A stretch of DNA of 45,520 bases from Candidatus Methylomirabilota bacterium (GTDB taxonomy: Bacteria > Methylomirabilota > Methylomirabilia > Rokubacteriales > CSP1-6), in contig JBKPAK010000178.1 of NCBI GenBank assembly GCA_046726415.1, forward strand, positions 1 to 45,520. The letters run 5' to 3'. The stretch's first letter is position 1. Every line of letters begins with the position of its first letter. Below, piece after piece: positions 10,528 to 19,941 of this stretch. Position numbers and translations under genes: made by a program. Below the pieces are notes generated by a model. The model ran no database searches. It saw only the letters and a program-made list of their open reading frames with translations, and was not told where the DNA came from.

Positions 10528-11727
10528 TCAGCGCTGGTAGGTGACTCGGTAGATCGCCCCGGCGTAGTCGTCGGACACTAATAGCGAGCCGTCCTTCATT
10601 TCCTGCAGGTAGACGGGCCGCCCCCAGGGCTGATCGCCCTGAAGCCAGCCTTCGGCGAACGCTTCGTACTTCGGCATGTCACCGTCCCGAAGCGTGACCA
10701 TCATCACCCGGTAGCCGATCTTCTGGGTGCGATTCCAGGAGCCGCGCTGGGCGAGGAATGCCCGATTCTTGTATTCGGGGGGGAACATGTTGCCGGTGTA
10801 GAAATGCACCCCGTTGCCCGCCACGTGCGGACCAGTCTTGATGAGCGGCGGGGCGAACTCGCTACAGGACCTTCCCTTGCCGAACTCGGGGTCGGGAATG
10901 TCACCTTGGTGGCAGTAGGGGAACCCGAAGTGCAGACCCTTGCGAGGCGCGTGGTCGAAGCGGTCGCTCGGCACGTCTTCCCCGAGCCAGTCGCGGGCGT
11001 GGGTGGCGAAGTAGAGCTCCTTGGTCACCGGGTGCCAGTCGAACCCCACGGTGTTGCGGACGCCGTGCGCCCAGTACTCGAATCCGGTGCCGTCGGGGTT
11101 GACCCGGGAGATGTTGGCGTGTGTGTCGGGCGGGATGCAGATGTTGCACGGCGCGCCAATGTTGAAGTAGAGCTTGCCGTCCGGGCCGAAGGCCAGGTAC
11201 TTCCAGCCGTGTGGCAGATCGCGCGGCAAGACGTCGTAGACCACGGTCATCGTCGGCGGATTATCGAGCCGATCCTCGATCCCCTCCATCTTGGTGATCC
11301 GGGAGATCTCGGCGACGTACAGGGTGCCGTTCTTGAAGGCCACGCCGTTGGGCTGGGTAAGGCCCTTGGCGATGACCTTGACCTCGCGCGTGGCTCCCTT
11401 GTCCAAGACCGCGTAGACGTTGCCGGCCACGCGGCTAGAGACGAACAGCGTGCCCTTGTCGCCCCAGGTCATCGCCCGCGCGTTGTTGATCCCGTGCGCC
11501 CACAGGGACGCCTTGAAGCCCGGTGGCAGCTTGATCTTGTCGACCGGGATCTCTCCGGGCGCCTTGGGCGCCGGCGGCTGCGGGACGGGCGCCAGGGGCG
11601 AGTTGGCCATATCGGCCGGCCGCCCCTGCTGCCAGGGTGGGGGGGCCTGCTGGGCGGGAACCAGCGGAGCGAGCGCGAGCACGACGGCAAGGACCGCGGT
11701 GAGCGAGATCAGTGTGATGCGCCGCAT
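10528..11727 (-). CDS. Periplasmic PQQ-dependent sugar/sorbosone dehydrogenase family (beta-propeller)
   Basis: Signal peptide; HGWKYLAFGPDGKLY, GAPCNIC, GVRNTVGFDW, RGSWNR, LLVSDD; directly downstream of pqqE. Confidence 0.88.
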   Translation of the reverse strand: MRRITLISLTAVLAVVLALAPLVPAQQAPPPWQQGRPADMANSPLAPVPQPPAPKAPGEIPVDKIKLPPGFKASLWAHGINNARAMTWGDKGTLFVSSRVAGNVYAVLDKGATREVKVIAKGLTQPNGVAFKNGTLYVAEISRITKMEGIEDRLDNPPTMTVVYDVLPRDLPHGWKYLAFGPDGKLYFNIGAPCNICIPPDTHANISRVNPDGTGFEYWAHGVRNTVGFDWHPVTKELYFATHARDWLGEDVPSDRFDHAPRKGLHFGFPYCHQGDIPDPEFGKGRSCSEFAPPLIKTGPHVAGNGVHFYTGNMFPPEYKNRAFLAQRGSWNRTQKIGYRVMMVTLRDGDMPKYEAFAEGWLQGDQPWGRPVYLQEMKDGSLLVSDDYAGAIYRVTYQR

Positions 11728-11821
11728 GGGTGAGCCTCCCTGTGAGATGCGTTACGTTGAAGGCCCGCTCGGCGCGGACCCTGCGCGCCGGCCGGACGAT
11801 ACGACCCGCAGTCGAGACTTG

Positions 11822-12919
11822 TCAAGGCTCGATGCGACCGTTCCGGGCCCGATAGCGAAACGGGGCCGGACCCCGCGCGAGAGCTGCTGCGCGCGCAGCT
11901 TCGATCAGGCCGTAGTCAGGCGAGAGGCGGCACGCGGGATCGGTGGCCGCCGCGTTGCCGGTGAGGTGGAAGGCCTGACAGCGACAGCCCCCGAAATCGA
12001 CCCCTCGCCGCTCGCAGCTCCGGCAGGGCTCGGGCATCCATGCCTCCCCGCGGAAGGTCTCGAAGCCCGCCGACTGCTGCCAAAGATCGTCGAGCGAACG
12101 ATCCTTCACATTCTGGAAATGGAGGCCCGCGACGGTGTGCGCTGCGTGGCACGGCAGGGCGAGACCGTCCGGGCTGATCACGATGAAGCGGCGCCCCCAG
12201 CCGTCCATGCACGCCTTGGGAAGGTCGGTGTAGTAGTCGGGGATGACGAACAGAACCTCCATCCGCCCGCGCAGGCGCTGGCGGGCCTGCCCCGCGATTG
12301 TCCGCGCGCGCGAGAGCTGCTCTCGCGTGGGGAGCAGGGCCGCGCGGTTGGCCAGCGCCCAGCCGAGATACTGGGTGTTGGCCAGCTCCAAGCGATCTAC
12401 CTGTAGGCGCTCGGCCAGGGCGATCACGTCAGCCACGTGGTCGAGGTTCTCGCGATGCAAGACGGTATTGAGGGTGAGGGGGAACCCCAGCTCCTTGACC
12501 CAGCGAGCGACCCCGAGCTTCCGGTCGAATGATCGCCGCCCCGCGATGCGGTCAGAGTCGGCCGCCGTCACGTCCTGGATGGAGATCTGAACGCTGTCGA
12601 GTCCCAGCTCGCGGAGTCGGGCGAGACGTTCGCGGCTGAGGGGAACGCCGCTCGTGATGAGGTTAGTGTAGAGGTCCAGGCGACGGGCCTCGGCGATGAG
12701 CGCTTCGAGATCGTCGCGCACGAGCGGCTCGCCACCGGTGAGGTTGAGCTGGACGACCCCGAGCTCCTCGGCCTCGCGGAAGACCCGCTGCCAGGTCGCG
12801 GTGTCCAGTTCGTCGGAGTGACGCGCGTAGTCGAGCGGATTGGAGCAGTACACGCAGCGAAGCGGGCAGCGGTACGTGAGCTCGGCGACGAGGGTATAGG
12901 GCCGGAACGCCTCACTCAC
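11822..12919 (-). CDS. pqqE: PqqA peptide cyclase, radical SAM/SPASM
   Basis: AELTYRCPLRCVYCSNP (CxxxCxxC), PKACMDGWG, DFGGCRCQA; operon context. Confidence 0.96.
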   Translation of the reverse strand: MSEAFRPYTLVAELTYRCPLRCVYCSNPLDYARHSDELDTATWQRVFREAEELGVVQLNLTGGEPLVRDDLEALIAEARRLDLYTNLITSGVPLSRERLARLRELGLDSVQISIQDVTAADSDRIAGRRSFDRKLGVARWVKELGFPLTLNTVLHRENLDHVADVIALAERLQVDRLELANTQYLGWALANRAALLPTREQLSRARTIAGQARQRLRGRMEVLFVIPDYYTDLPKACMDGWGRRFIVISPDGLALPCHAAHTVAGLHFQNVKDRSLDDLWQQSAGFETFRGEAWMPEPCRSCERRGVDFGGCRCQAFHLTGNAAATDPACRLSPDYGLIEAARAAALARGPAPFRYRARNGRIEP

Positions 12920-13197
12920 CGGACTGTCTCACAGACCAGGCCGCGCTCGGCCATGGCTCGCAAGAAGCTCATCACCTCGCGCTCGACGGCCAGCACCTCC
13001 TGGCCGTACCGCTCCGCCAGCTCCTCGACGATGTTCTGCACCGAGCGCTCGCCCGTGCAGAGCTGGAGGACGTCGGCAGCGGTGGCATTCAACACGAGGC
13101 CGCGCTCGGGATAGAGCAGCATGTAGCGCGACGCTTTGCGATCGAAACGGAGCCGGGCCTTGGCCGCCAGCCGGAGTCGGCTGTCCGTGGAGATCAT
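12916..13197 (-). CDS. pqqD: PQQ biosynthesis peptide chaperone (RRE domain)
   Basis: MISTDSRLRL..LLYPERGLVLNATA; 93 aa; 4-bp overlaps with both pqqC and pqqE. Confidence 0.92.
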   Translation of the reverse strand: MISTDSRLRLAAKARLRFDRKASRYMLLYPERGLVLNATAADVLQLCTGERSVQNIVEELAERYGQEVLAVEREVMSFLRAMAERGLVCETVR

Positions 13198-13934
13198 GTC
13201 GCGCGCGGACCTCCCGGACCCCACCCCGGGTCGATGTACGCGGCGTAGGTGCAGTCCAGGAGGTGCCAGAGGATCTCCGTCTTGCGGATGAGCGCCGCCA
13301 CACAGCGCTCCTGCAGCGCGTAGGTGGTGGCGTGCTGCAGCACGAATTCGATGGCCTCTTCGGAATCGCGACGGGCACGCGGCACCCGGGAGCGGAAGTA
13401 CGCGAGCATGTCCGCGCTCACCCACGGATAGTGCTTCTCCCAGGCCAGCACGCGCCTGGACATGAGGTCGGGCGCGAAGAATTCCGTGAGGGAAGAGGCC
13501 ACCGCTTCGACCAGGCTCCGCTCTCGCACCAGCTCGACGTAGGCGTCGCAGGCGAAGCGCACGCCCGGGAGGACGGACCGGCAGCTGGCGACCTCCGCGC
13601 GATCCAGACCAACCCCCTCGGCCAGGCGCAACCACAGCTGCAGACCACCCTCGCCAGCCTCGTCACCGTCGTGATCGCGAATCCGGCGAAACCACATTCG
13701 CCGGAAGTCGGAATCCTCCGACTTCGCCACGATGATGGCGTCCTTGATGGGAATCCGCGTCTGGTAGTAGTAGCGGTTCAGCACCCACTGCTGGAGCTGG
13801 ATCTTGGTGAGCGCGCCCTCGTGCATGAGCACGTGATAGCGGTGGTGATCGTGATAGCGCTGCTCACCCTCGCGCCGAATCCAGGCGATGAACCCATCGC
13901 GCGGTAGGGGCGGTCGCAAGGGCTCCGCCGTCAC
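13194..13934 (-). CDS. pqqC: Pyrroloquinoline-quinone synthase
   Basis: RYHDHH, WVLNRYYYQTRIPIKD, RIRDHDG, SSLTEFFAP; GTG start overlaps the pqqB stop. Confidence 0.96.
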   Translation of the reverse strand: MTAEPLRPPLPRDGFIAWIRREGEQRYHDHHRYHVLMHEGALTKIQLQQWVLNRYYYQTRIPIKDAIIVAKSEDSDFRRMWFRRIRDHDGDEAGEGGLQLWLRLAEGVGLDRAEVASCRSVLPGVRFACDAYVELVRERSLVEAVASSLTEFFAPDLMSRRVLAWEKHYPWVSADMLAYFRSRVPRARRDSEEAIEFVLQHATTYALQERCVAALIRKTEILWHLLDCTYAAYIDPGWGPGGPRAT

Positions 13935-14851
13935 AGGGTCACCTGCATGCCGTCGTACGCCACTTCCCAGCCAGCGGCCTCGACCGCCTGGCGTTCGGGG
14001 GAATCGTCGCAAAGGATCGGGTTGGTGTTGTTCACGTGAATGTAGATGCGGCGGGGGGCCGCGAGACTTCGCAGGAGCGCCAGGCTCCCGCCCTGACCGC
14101 CCACCGGCAGATGGGCCATGTCCTCCGCGCGCTTCTGTCCGAGCCCCAGGGTGAGAAGCTCGTCGCTGGCCCAGAACGTTCCGTCGAAGAAGATGCACCG
14201 GGCATCGGCGAGCGCGTCCTTCATTTCGCTCGTGACGCGTCCCACGGCCGGGAAGTAGGCGAGGAGGCGCCCGCTGGAGGCCTCGCGAACCCTCAGGCCG
14301 ATGTTGTCCTCGGGGTCGGGTGGAGCCAACCCTTCGAGGTGGACCGGAGGCTTTCCGGGAACGGCCACCGCCTCGATGAGAAGCCCGGATCCAACGCCGT
14401 CCGACCCGGCGAGGCCCTCCTCGCGACCGAGCTTCAGGGCGCGCCAGGTCACCTGTTCGGGGAAACGCTGGAGAGTCCGGTAGAGGACGTTTCCCTCCGT
14501 GAACCCGCGGCGAACGCGCTCGGTAGCGTAGATGACGAGCGGATGGGACTCGCGGAGGGACAGGAGGCCGAGGGCGTGGTCGAGGTCGCCGTTGGTGAGG
14601 ACGATGGCGGCCAGGGGCGAATGGCGCGGCGCGCGGGGGTGAAGACCCTCGAATCCCTCGATCTGCTGGCGGATCTCAGGCGATGCGTTCAGCAAGAACC
14701 AGAGGTCGCCGTCCGCGCTCACCGCGACGCTTTCCTGCGTACGCGCGAGAGCCCTCACCGTCCCGGCTCGAGCGCCCCGACAGTTCGGACAGCCGCAGTT
14801 CCACTGCGGAAAGCCTCCCCCGGCAGCGGCGCCGAGGACCCGGATGTGCAC
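13931..14851 (-). CDS. pqqB: PQQ biosynthesis protein B (metallo-beta-lactamase fold)
   Basis: LGAAAGGGFPQWNCGCPNC, RTQES, LNASP, DGTFW, HVNNTNP; start reassigned to GTG 14851. Confidence 0.96.
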   Translation of the reverse strand: MHIRVLGAAAGGGFPQWNCGCPNCRGARAGTVRALARTQESVAVSADGDLWFLLNASPEIRQQIEGFEGLHPRAPRHSPLAAIVLTNGDLDHALGLLSLRESHPLVIYATERVRRGFTEGNVLYRTLQRFPEQVTWRALKLGREEGLAGSDGVGSGLLIEAVAVPGKPPVHLEGLAPPDPEDNIGLRVREASSGRLLAYFPAVGRVTSEMKDALADARCIFFDGTFWASDELLTLGLGQKRAEDMAHLPVGGQGGSLALLRSLAAPRRIYIHVNNTNPILCDDSPERQAVEAAGWEVAYDGMQVTL

Positions 14852-14873
14852 GCTACACCCCCCCGAGACACGG

Positions 14874-14955
14874 CAGCCCCCCGATCGAGAATGCCGATCC
14901 GGAGGGCTGAGGTACCGATGGGGTTGGGGCCCCGGAAAACGGCCGCCCCAACCCC
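14874..14955. terminator. Two GC-rich stem-loops between pqqA and pqqB (attenuator or mRNA-stabilising element)
   Basis: Perfect 11-bp stem GGGGTTGGGGC (14920-14930)/GCCCCAACCCC (14945-14955); second imperfect stem CAGCCC..GATCG/CGATC..GGGCTG (14874-14909); no U-tract. Confidence 0.55.
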
Positions 14956-15006
14956 CAGCGCTCGGAGCACCCCGGCGAAGCCAAGGCGCTCCTCGTCTCG
15001 ATGCTC

Positions 15007-15105
15007 CTAGAAGCGGTCGTCCTGCTCCCGCTCGAAGTCGTCCTGGTACGAATTGATCTCGGCGTCCATCTTCACTTCCACGAATTCCGGTACTTCCCAG
15101 GTCAT
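15007..15105 (-). CDS. pqqA: PQQ precursor peptide, 32 aa: MTWEVPEFVEVKMDAEINSYQDDFEREQDDRF
   Basis: W-x-x-P N-terminus and E-x3-Y core (EINSY); SD GGGAGGTG; directly upstream of pqqB; below the ORF-track size cutoff. Confidence 0.93.
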   Translation of the reverse strand: MTWEVPEFVEVKMDAEINSYQDDFEREQDDRF

Positions 15106-15221
15106 TTCGCTCACCTCCCGTCGACCGCGTGCCAGTGAGGGAAAGCCGCTCGTGGCTCATGCTAGTGGAGCGGCGGCGGCCACGTCAAGCGCGGTCCCTC
15201 CAGCCCGACGCCGATCGACAG

Positions 15222-16316
15222 TCAAGCGGTCGATCGGGCCAGCTCGCGCTCCGACGATGGTTTCCGGCGAAGGCGCGGCCGGATCGATAGCCAGGCCTTG
15301 CCCATACAGAGAAGGACCACCATCAGGAGCAGGTTGGCCACCCAATAGGCGAGCCAGGACTCGAAGGCCACGCCGAACCAGCGCTTCACGATGGTGAGGA
15401 CGATGATCTGGTGGACGAAGTAGAGCATCATCGCCGTCTGCCCCAGCTCGACGAGCCAGGCCGGCGCCCAGCCGCGGACGTCCATCAGATACCAGGCGGC
15501 TGGCGTCGAGCACAAGAGGACCGCCCCCACCCAGAAGAGCGTCACTCCTCGGGGCGTCCAGTGGCGATTCACGATGAAGTCGCGCATGAAGCCGAAGCGC
15601 ACCGGCGTGTGGGCCCAGATGTCGTAGGCCACGAAGGCCACCAGGCACAGCGCGCCGGCAGTGGCCATCACCCGGAAGTAACGCGCGCGTTCGGCGGCGC
15701 CGCGCTGATTCGCCTCGCAGAAGTTCCAGCCGAGGACAGCGGAGACGAGTACCAGCGCGGTCCACGGCCACGGTGGGAAATCGGCAAAGGCCACTTGGGC
15801 GATCGCGCGATGGTCGCCGAGCCACCGTTCGAGCGGCACGTAGACCAGGCTAAAGGCAACGTAGATGCCCACCGAGACCGCCACCACCAACGCGCGGCCC
15901 CAAGCGGAGGGGAGGACCCACAGCGCCGGCACGAGGGCGAGGATGCTGAAGCCGATCGTCTGGAGGACGCCGAGTTGCCAGAGGGGGTCCTCGGGGAACA
16001 CGATGAGATTCAGGAGGTAACCGGCGAGGATGACTTGCACACCGCGGCGGAGATAGCGCGGGGCGACCTTGGCCGCGCTCTGCCCACGCAGGACGACGGC
16101 GTTGTAGTGGGCGATGGCCTGACAGAAGCCGACCAGGAAGAGGAAGATGGGGGCGGCCACGGTCGTGGTGATGTAGATGAGGTGATAGCGCGGCCAGCCG
16201 AACGCGCTGCCGATCCACCAGCGCCCGGTGTGGTTGACCACCATCGCGATGATCGCGATGGCCCGCAACCCGTCGAGGAAGGGCATCCTCGCGGGCCGAG
16301 TCGGCCGTTCCATCAT
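15222..16316 (-). CDS. Multi-pass membrane protein, HGSNAT-catalytic/DUF1624 acyltransferase-like
   Basis: FLDGLRAIAIIAMVVNH, APIFLFLVG, GVLQTIG, FPPWPW; many hydrophobic segments. Confidence 0.8.
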   Translation of the reverse strand: MMERPTRPARMPFLDGLRAIAIIAMVVNHTGRWWIGSAFGWPRYHLIYITTTVAAPIFLFLVGFCQAIAHYNAVVLRGQSAAKVAPRYLRRGVQVILAGYLLNLIVFPEDPLWQLGVLQTIGFSILALVPALWVLPSAWGRALVVAVSVGIYVAFSLVYVPLERWLGDHRAIAQVAFADFPPWPWTALVLVSAVLGWNFCEANQRGAAERARYFRVMATAGALCLVAFVAYDIWAHTPVRFGFMRDFIVNRHWTPRGVTLFWVGAVLLCSTPAAWYLMDVRGWAPAWLVELGQTAMMLYFVHQIIVLTIVKRWFGVAFESWLAYWVANLLLMVVLLCMGKAWLSIRPRLRRKPSSERELARSTA

Positions 16317-16345
16317 CTCTCCTCCGCTGCTACACTAGGCGGCCG

Positions 16346-17308
16346 ATGAAGATCATCTACACGCCCAACCTGATCGTCCCGTCGCTCACCGACGAGGAGC
16401 GCGCCCGAATCCTGAAGGCGGCCGGGCCGGCCGCGGCGCTCGTCGAGGCCAAGGATGCCGCGGCCCAACGCGAGCTGATCCTCGACGCCGAGGTTCTGTT
16501 CGGGCGCGTGCCTCCGGACATCTTCGCCCTGAACCAGCGGCTCCGCTACTACCATTCGCTCGGTGCGGGTGTCGACGCCATCCTCACCCAGGAGCTGGTG
16601 CAGAGTGAGGTCATCCTGGCCAGCGAGAAGGGTGACGTCGGCATTCACCTCGCCGAGCACGCCTTCGCTCTGCTCCTCGGGCTCACGCGCGGGCTGCACA
16701 CGGTCATCCGGCAGCCCGACTTCAAGCTGCGCGAGTCGATCCGCCGCGCTCAGCGCGAGCTGTACGAGCAGACCATGGGCATCGTGGGCTTCGGCGGCAC
16801 CGGGCGGGCGGTGGCGCGCCGCGCGCTGGGCTTCGGCATGCGCGTGCTCGCGGTGGACATCGAGGACGTGGCGCCCGAACCCGGCGTCGAAGCCATTTGG
16901 AAGCCCGATCGGCTGCCCCGGCTGCTCGGCGAGTCGGACGCCGTCGTCATCTGCCTGCCGCTCACCAAGGCCACGCATCACCTCTTCACCCGCGACCTCT
17001 TTCGCCAGATGCAGCGCCACGCGATCCTCGTCAACGTCACGCGCGGTGCCATCGTGTTCGGAGAGGATCTGCTGAAGGCTCTGGAGGAAGAGCTGATCTG
17101 GGGGTCGGGGCTCGACGTGACGGATCCCGAGCCGCTCCCGCCTGGCCACCCGCTGTGGACGCACCCACGGGTGATCGTCACGCCCCACACGGCCGGAGGA
17201 TCGCCGCGCCGCGCGGGACGGGCCATCGCCACCTTCTGCGAGAACCTCCGCCGCCTGCAAACGGGCGAGCCACTGCTCGCGCTCATCGACAAGCGCAAGG
17301 GCTACTAG
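16346..17308 (+). CDS. D-isomer-specific 2-hydroxyacid dehydrogenase
   Basis: GAGVD, GFGGTG, NVTRG, LDVTDPEPLP, TPHTAG. Confidence 0.92.
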   Translation: MKIIYTPNLIVPSLTDEERARILKAAGPAAALVEAKDAAAQRELILDAEVLFGRVPPDIFALNQRLRYYHSLGAGVDAILTQELVQSEVILASEKGDVGIHLAEHAFALLLGLTRGLHTVIRQPDFKLRESIRRAQRELYEQTMGIVGFGGTGRAVARRALGFGMRVLAVDIEDVAPEPGVEAIWKPDRLPRLLGESDAVVICLPLTKATHHLFTRDLFRQMQRHAILVNVTRGAIVFGEDLLKALEEELIWGSGLDVTDPEPLPPGHPLWTHPRVIVTPHTAGGSPRRAGRAIATFCENLRRLQTGEPLLALIDKRKGY

Positions 17309-17332
17309 CCCGGCCGCTGCGAGGGGAGTCTC

Positions 17333-18373
17333 ATGAGAGGAATCGTCTTTCTCGGCAACCGCACCCTTGAGATTCGAGACTTCCCCGATCCCGTTCCCGG
17401 TCCCGGCGAGGCCGTCATCGCCACCAAGGCTTCGGGAATGTGCGGGAGCGACCTTCACGCGTACCGCGCCGTGGGCAACGCCGCGGCGTCGCTCGGCCTA
17501 GGGGGGAAGGGCGGCCCCGTCATCGCGGGCCACGAGCCATGCGGAGTGATCGCCGAGCTGGGTCCGGGCGTCACCGGCCTCGCCGTCGGTGAGCGCGTGA
17601 TGAATCATCACTACAAGGGCTGTGGGCGCTGCCGTCATTGCCGTGTGGGCTGGTCGCAGCTCTGCCGTGGTGATCGGATCGTCTACGGCGTCACCGGCCA
17701 CGGCGGTCACGCGGCGTATATGAAGGCGCCGGCCAGTACGATGGTGCCGCTGCCCGACGAGATGACGTTCGAAGAAGGGGCCGCCGTCTCCTGTGGAACG
17801 GGCACGGCATACGGCGCCCTCAAGCGCCTGGACGTATCCGGCCGCGACACCCTCGCCGTCTTCGGGCAGGGACCAGTGGGACTGAGCGCCACCATGCTCG
17901 GCAAGGCCATGGGAGCGCGGGTCATTGCCGTCGACATCGCTCCCGAGCGCCTGGCGCTGGCGAAGGAGATGGGGGCCGACGAGCTCGTAAATCCCAAGGA
18001 TGTCGACCCCGTGAAAGCCATCCACGACCTCACCGATGGGGAAGGCGCAGAGGCGACGATGGACTGCACCGGCCAGGCCGATGCGCGGGTGGCAGCGGTG
18101 CGGAGCGCGGGGACGTGGGGCCGCGTCTGCTTCGTGGGCGAGGGGGGAACCGCGACCTTCGACATCAGCCAGCACATGCTGCGGCGCCAACTCACCATCC
18201 ATGCTTCGTGGACGTTCAGCGCCGTGGGCCAGGAGGAGTGCGCGCGCTTCATCGTCAAGCGTCGGATTCCCCTCGCCAAGCTCCTGACCCACCACTTCAA
18301 GCTGGGCCAGGCCGTCGAGGCCTACCGCCTGTTCGACACCCAGACCACCGGCAAAGGGGTGTTCGTCTTCTAG
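17333..18373 (+). CDS. Zn-dependent alcohol/polyol dehydrogenase (MDR family)
   Basis: GMCGSD, GHEPCG, CGRCRHC..C, GQGPVG. Confidence 0.92.
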   Translation: MRGIVFLGNRTLEIRDFPDPVPGPGEAVIATKASGMCGSDLHAYRAVGNAAASLGLGGKGGPVIAGHEPCGVIAELGPGVTGLAVGERVMNHHYKGCGRCRHCRVGWSQLCRGDRIVYGVTGHGGHAAYMKAPASTMVPLPDEMTFEEGAAVSCGTGTAYGALKRLDVSGRDTLAVFGQGPVGLSATMLGKAMGARVIAVDIAPERLALAKEMGADELVNPKDVDPVKAIHDLTDGEGAEATMDCTGQADARVAAVRSAGTWGRVCFVGEGGTATFDISQHMLRRQLTIHASWTFSAVGQEECARFIVKRRIPLAKLLTHHFKLGQAVEAYRLFDTQTTGKGVFVF

Positions 18374-18396
18374 ACCGTGGGACAGGGGGTGCGGCG

Positions 18397-19029
18397 ATGA
18401 AACCCACCGGACAGGACGTGCTCCTCGTGGTGGACGTGCAGAACGGCTTCATGCCAGGCGGCACCTTGCCGGTGAAGGATGGCCACCAGGTCGTCCCCAT
18501 CATCAATCGACTGGCGTCGGCCTTCGAGCACGTGATCCTGACTCAGGATTGGCACACACCGGATCACATGTCCTTCGCCTCGTCGCACGCCGGCAAGAAG
18601 CCGTTCGAGACCATGCCCTTGTCGTACGGGCTTCAGATCCTGTGGCCCGACCACTGCGTGCAAGGCACGCCGGACGCCGACTTTCACCCGGGACTGAGAA
18701 TTCCCCACGCAGAGCTGATCATCCGCAAGGGCTATCGCAAGGGCATCGACTCCTACTCCGCGTTCGTCGAGGCGGATGGAAAGACGCCGACCGGCCTGAC
18801 CGGCTATCTGCGTGAGCGTGGGCTCCAGTGCGTGTTCCTCGCCGGCCTGGCCACTGACTTCTGCGTCGCCTGGTCCGCTCTGGACGCGCGCCGGGCTGAC
18901 TTCCCCACCGCGGTCATCGAAGACGCCTGCCGCGCGATCGACACCGGCGGATCGCTGACCAAGGCGTGGGCCGACATGCAGGCCGCCGGCGTGCAGCGCA
19001 TCCAATCATCCGACATCGAGGGGGTCTGA
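18397..19029 (+). CDS. pncA: Nicotinamidase/pyrazinamidase
   Basis: VVDVQNGF, TQDWH, WPDHCVQGT, RKG..DSYSAF, GLATDFCV. Confidence 0.93.
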   Translation: MKPTGQDVLLVVDVQNGFMPGGTLPVKDGHQVVPIINRLASAFEHVILTQDWHTPDHMSFASSHAGKKPFETMPLSYGLQILWPDHCVQGTPDADFHPGLRIPHAELIIRKGYRKGIDSYSAFVEADGKTPTGLTGYLRERGLQCVFLAGLATDFCVAWSALDARRADFPTAVIEDACRAIDTGGSLTKAWADMQAAGVQRIQSSDIEGV

Positions 19030-19445
19030 TGGCGTACCGGATCAATCACATCCACCTGAAGTCGCCCGATCCGCGCAAGACCGCCGAATGGTATGTGCAG
19101 GCGTTCAACTTCAGCATCGTCAATGACGAGGTCCGGGTGTTCGGCGATCGCTTCGTCCGCTGCCTGAGCGAGGGGGGCGCCCTGGCCGTCAACATCTCGG
19201 GCGCTCGCCGCGGTGAGACCTTGGCGTCCGGCGACGCCAGCGCGCACCACGGACTCGAACACTTCGGGTTCGATTCCGAGGATGTCGAGGCGGACATCGC
19301 GCGGCTGCAAGGTCTTGGGGCGATGCTGCTGGAGGGACCGATCCAGCTGCCGAATGGGCCGCGCATCGCCTTTCTCCGCGGGCCCGACGACACCCGCCTC
19401 GAGCTCGTCGAACGCCGGGCGATCGCAGGAGGCTGCGGCTGCTAG
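19029..19445 (+). CDS. VOC/glyoxalase family protein
   Basis: INHIHL, GLEHFGF, FLRGPDDTRLELVE; TGATG coupling to pncA. Confidence 0.88.
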   Translation: MAYRINHIHLKSPDPRKTAEWYVQAFNFSIVNDEVRVFGDRFVRCLSEGGALAVNISGARRGETLASGDASAHHGLEHFGFDSEDVEADIARLQGLGAMLLEGPIQLPNGPRIAFLRGPDDTRLELVERRAIAGGCGC

Positions 19446-19465
19446 GCCCACGGACACCACACGCG

Positions 19466-19909
19466 ATGCCGATCTTTCACCTGGTGCCGGGCGCGCCCAA
19501 GCCTGTCGCCCCGTACAGTCACGTCGTCGAGCTGGACGGCTGGCTGTTTCTCACTGGGCAACTTCCCACCGATCCGCGCGACGATGGCGCACCCATACCC
19601 GAGGGGATCGAGGAGCAAACGCGCAAGACGTTCGAGAATCTCCGCGCGGTGCTCGCTGGCGTGAGCGCCCGGCTCGATCACATCGTCGCCGCGCGCGTAT
19701 TCCTCGTGGACTTTCCGCGTCACTACGAGCCGATGAACCGCGTGTATGCGACGTACTTCGCCCCCGACGCCCTGCCCGCCCGCACGTGCATCGGCGTGAC
19801 GCATCTCGCCCGCGGCTGCCTGGTGGAAATCGACGCGGTGGCCCGGCGCCCGGCCGCCGGCGATCCACCACACCCGAGCCAGCGGTCAGAATCCAGGCGA
19901 AGCGATTGA
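19466..19909 (+). CDS. RidA/YjgF family protein
   Basis: APYSH, LTGQLP, MNRVYATYF, PARTCIGV, VEID. Confidence 0.92.
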   Translation: MPIFHLVPGAPKPVAPYSHVVELDGWLFLTGQLPTDPRDDGAPIPEGIEEQTRKTFENLRAVLAGVSARLDHIVAARVFLVDFPRHYEPMNRVYATYFAPDALPARTCIGVTHLARGCLVEIDAVARRPAAGDPPHPSQRSESRRSD

Positions 19910-19941
19910 TCTGACTGCCCCGGAGGTTGGTCGGCGGCGCG

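Noticed and set aside
11822-12919. Novel RiPP radical SAM system
   Set aside because: Gene order and motifs match canonical PQQ biosynthesis (pqqABCDE).
14852-15160. N-terminal extension of PqqB to 409 aa
   Set aside because: It overlaps pqqA and the hairpins; the PqqB family motif begins at GTG 14851.
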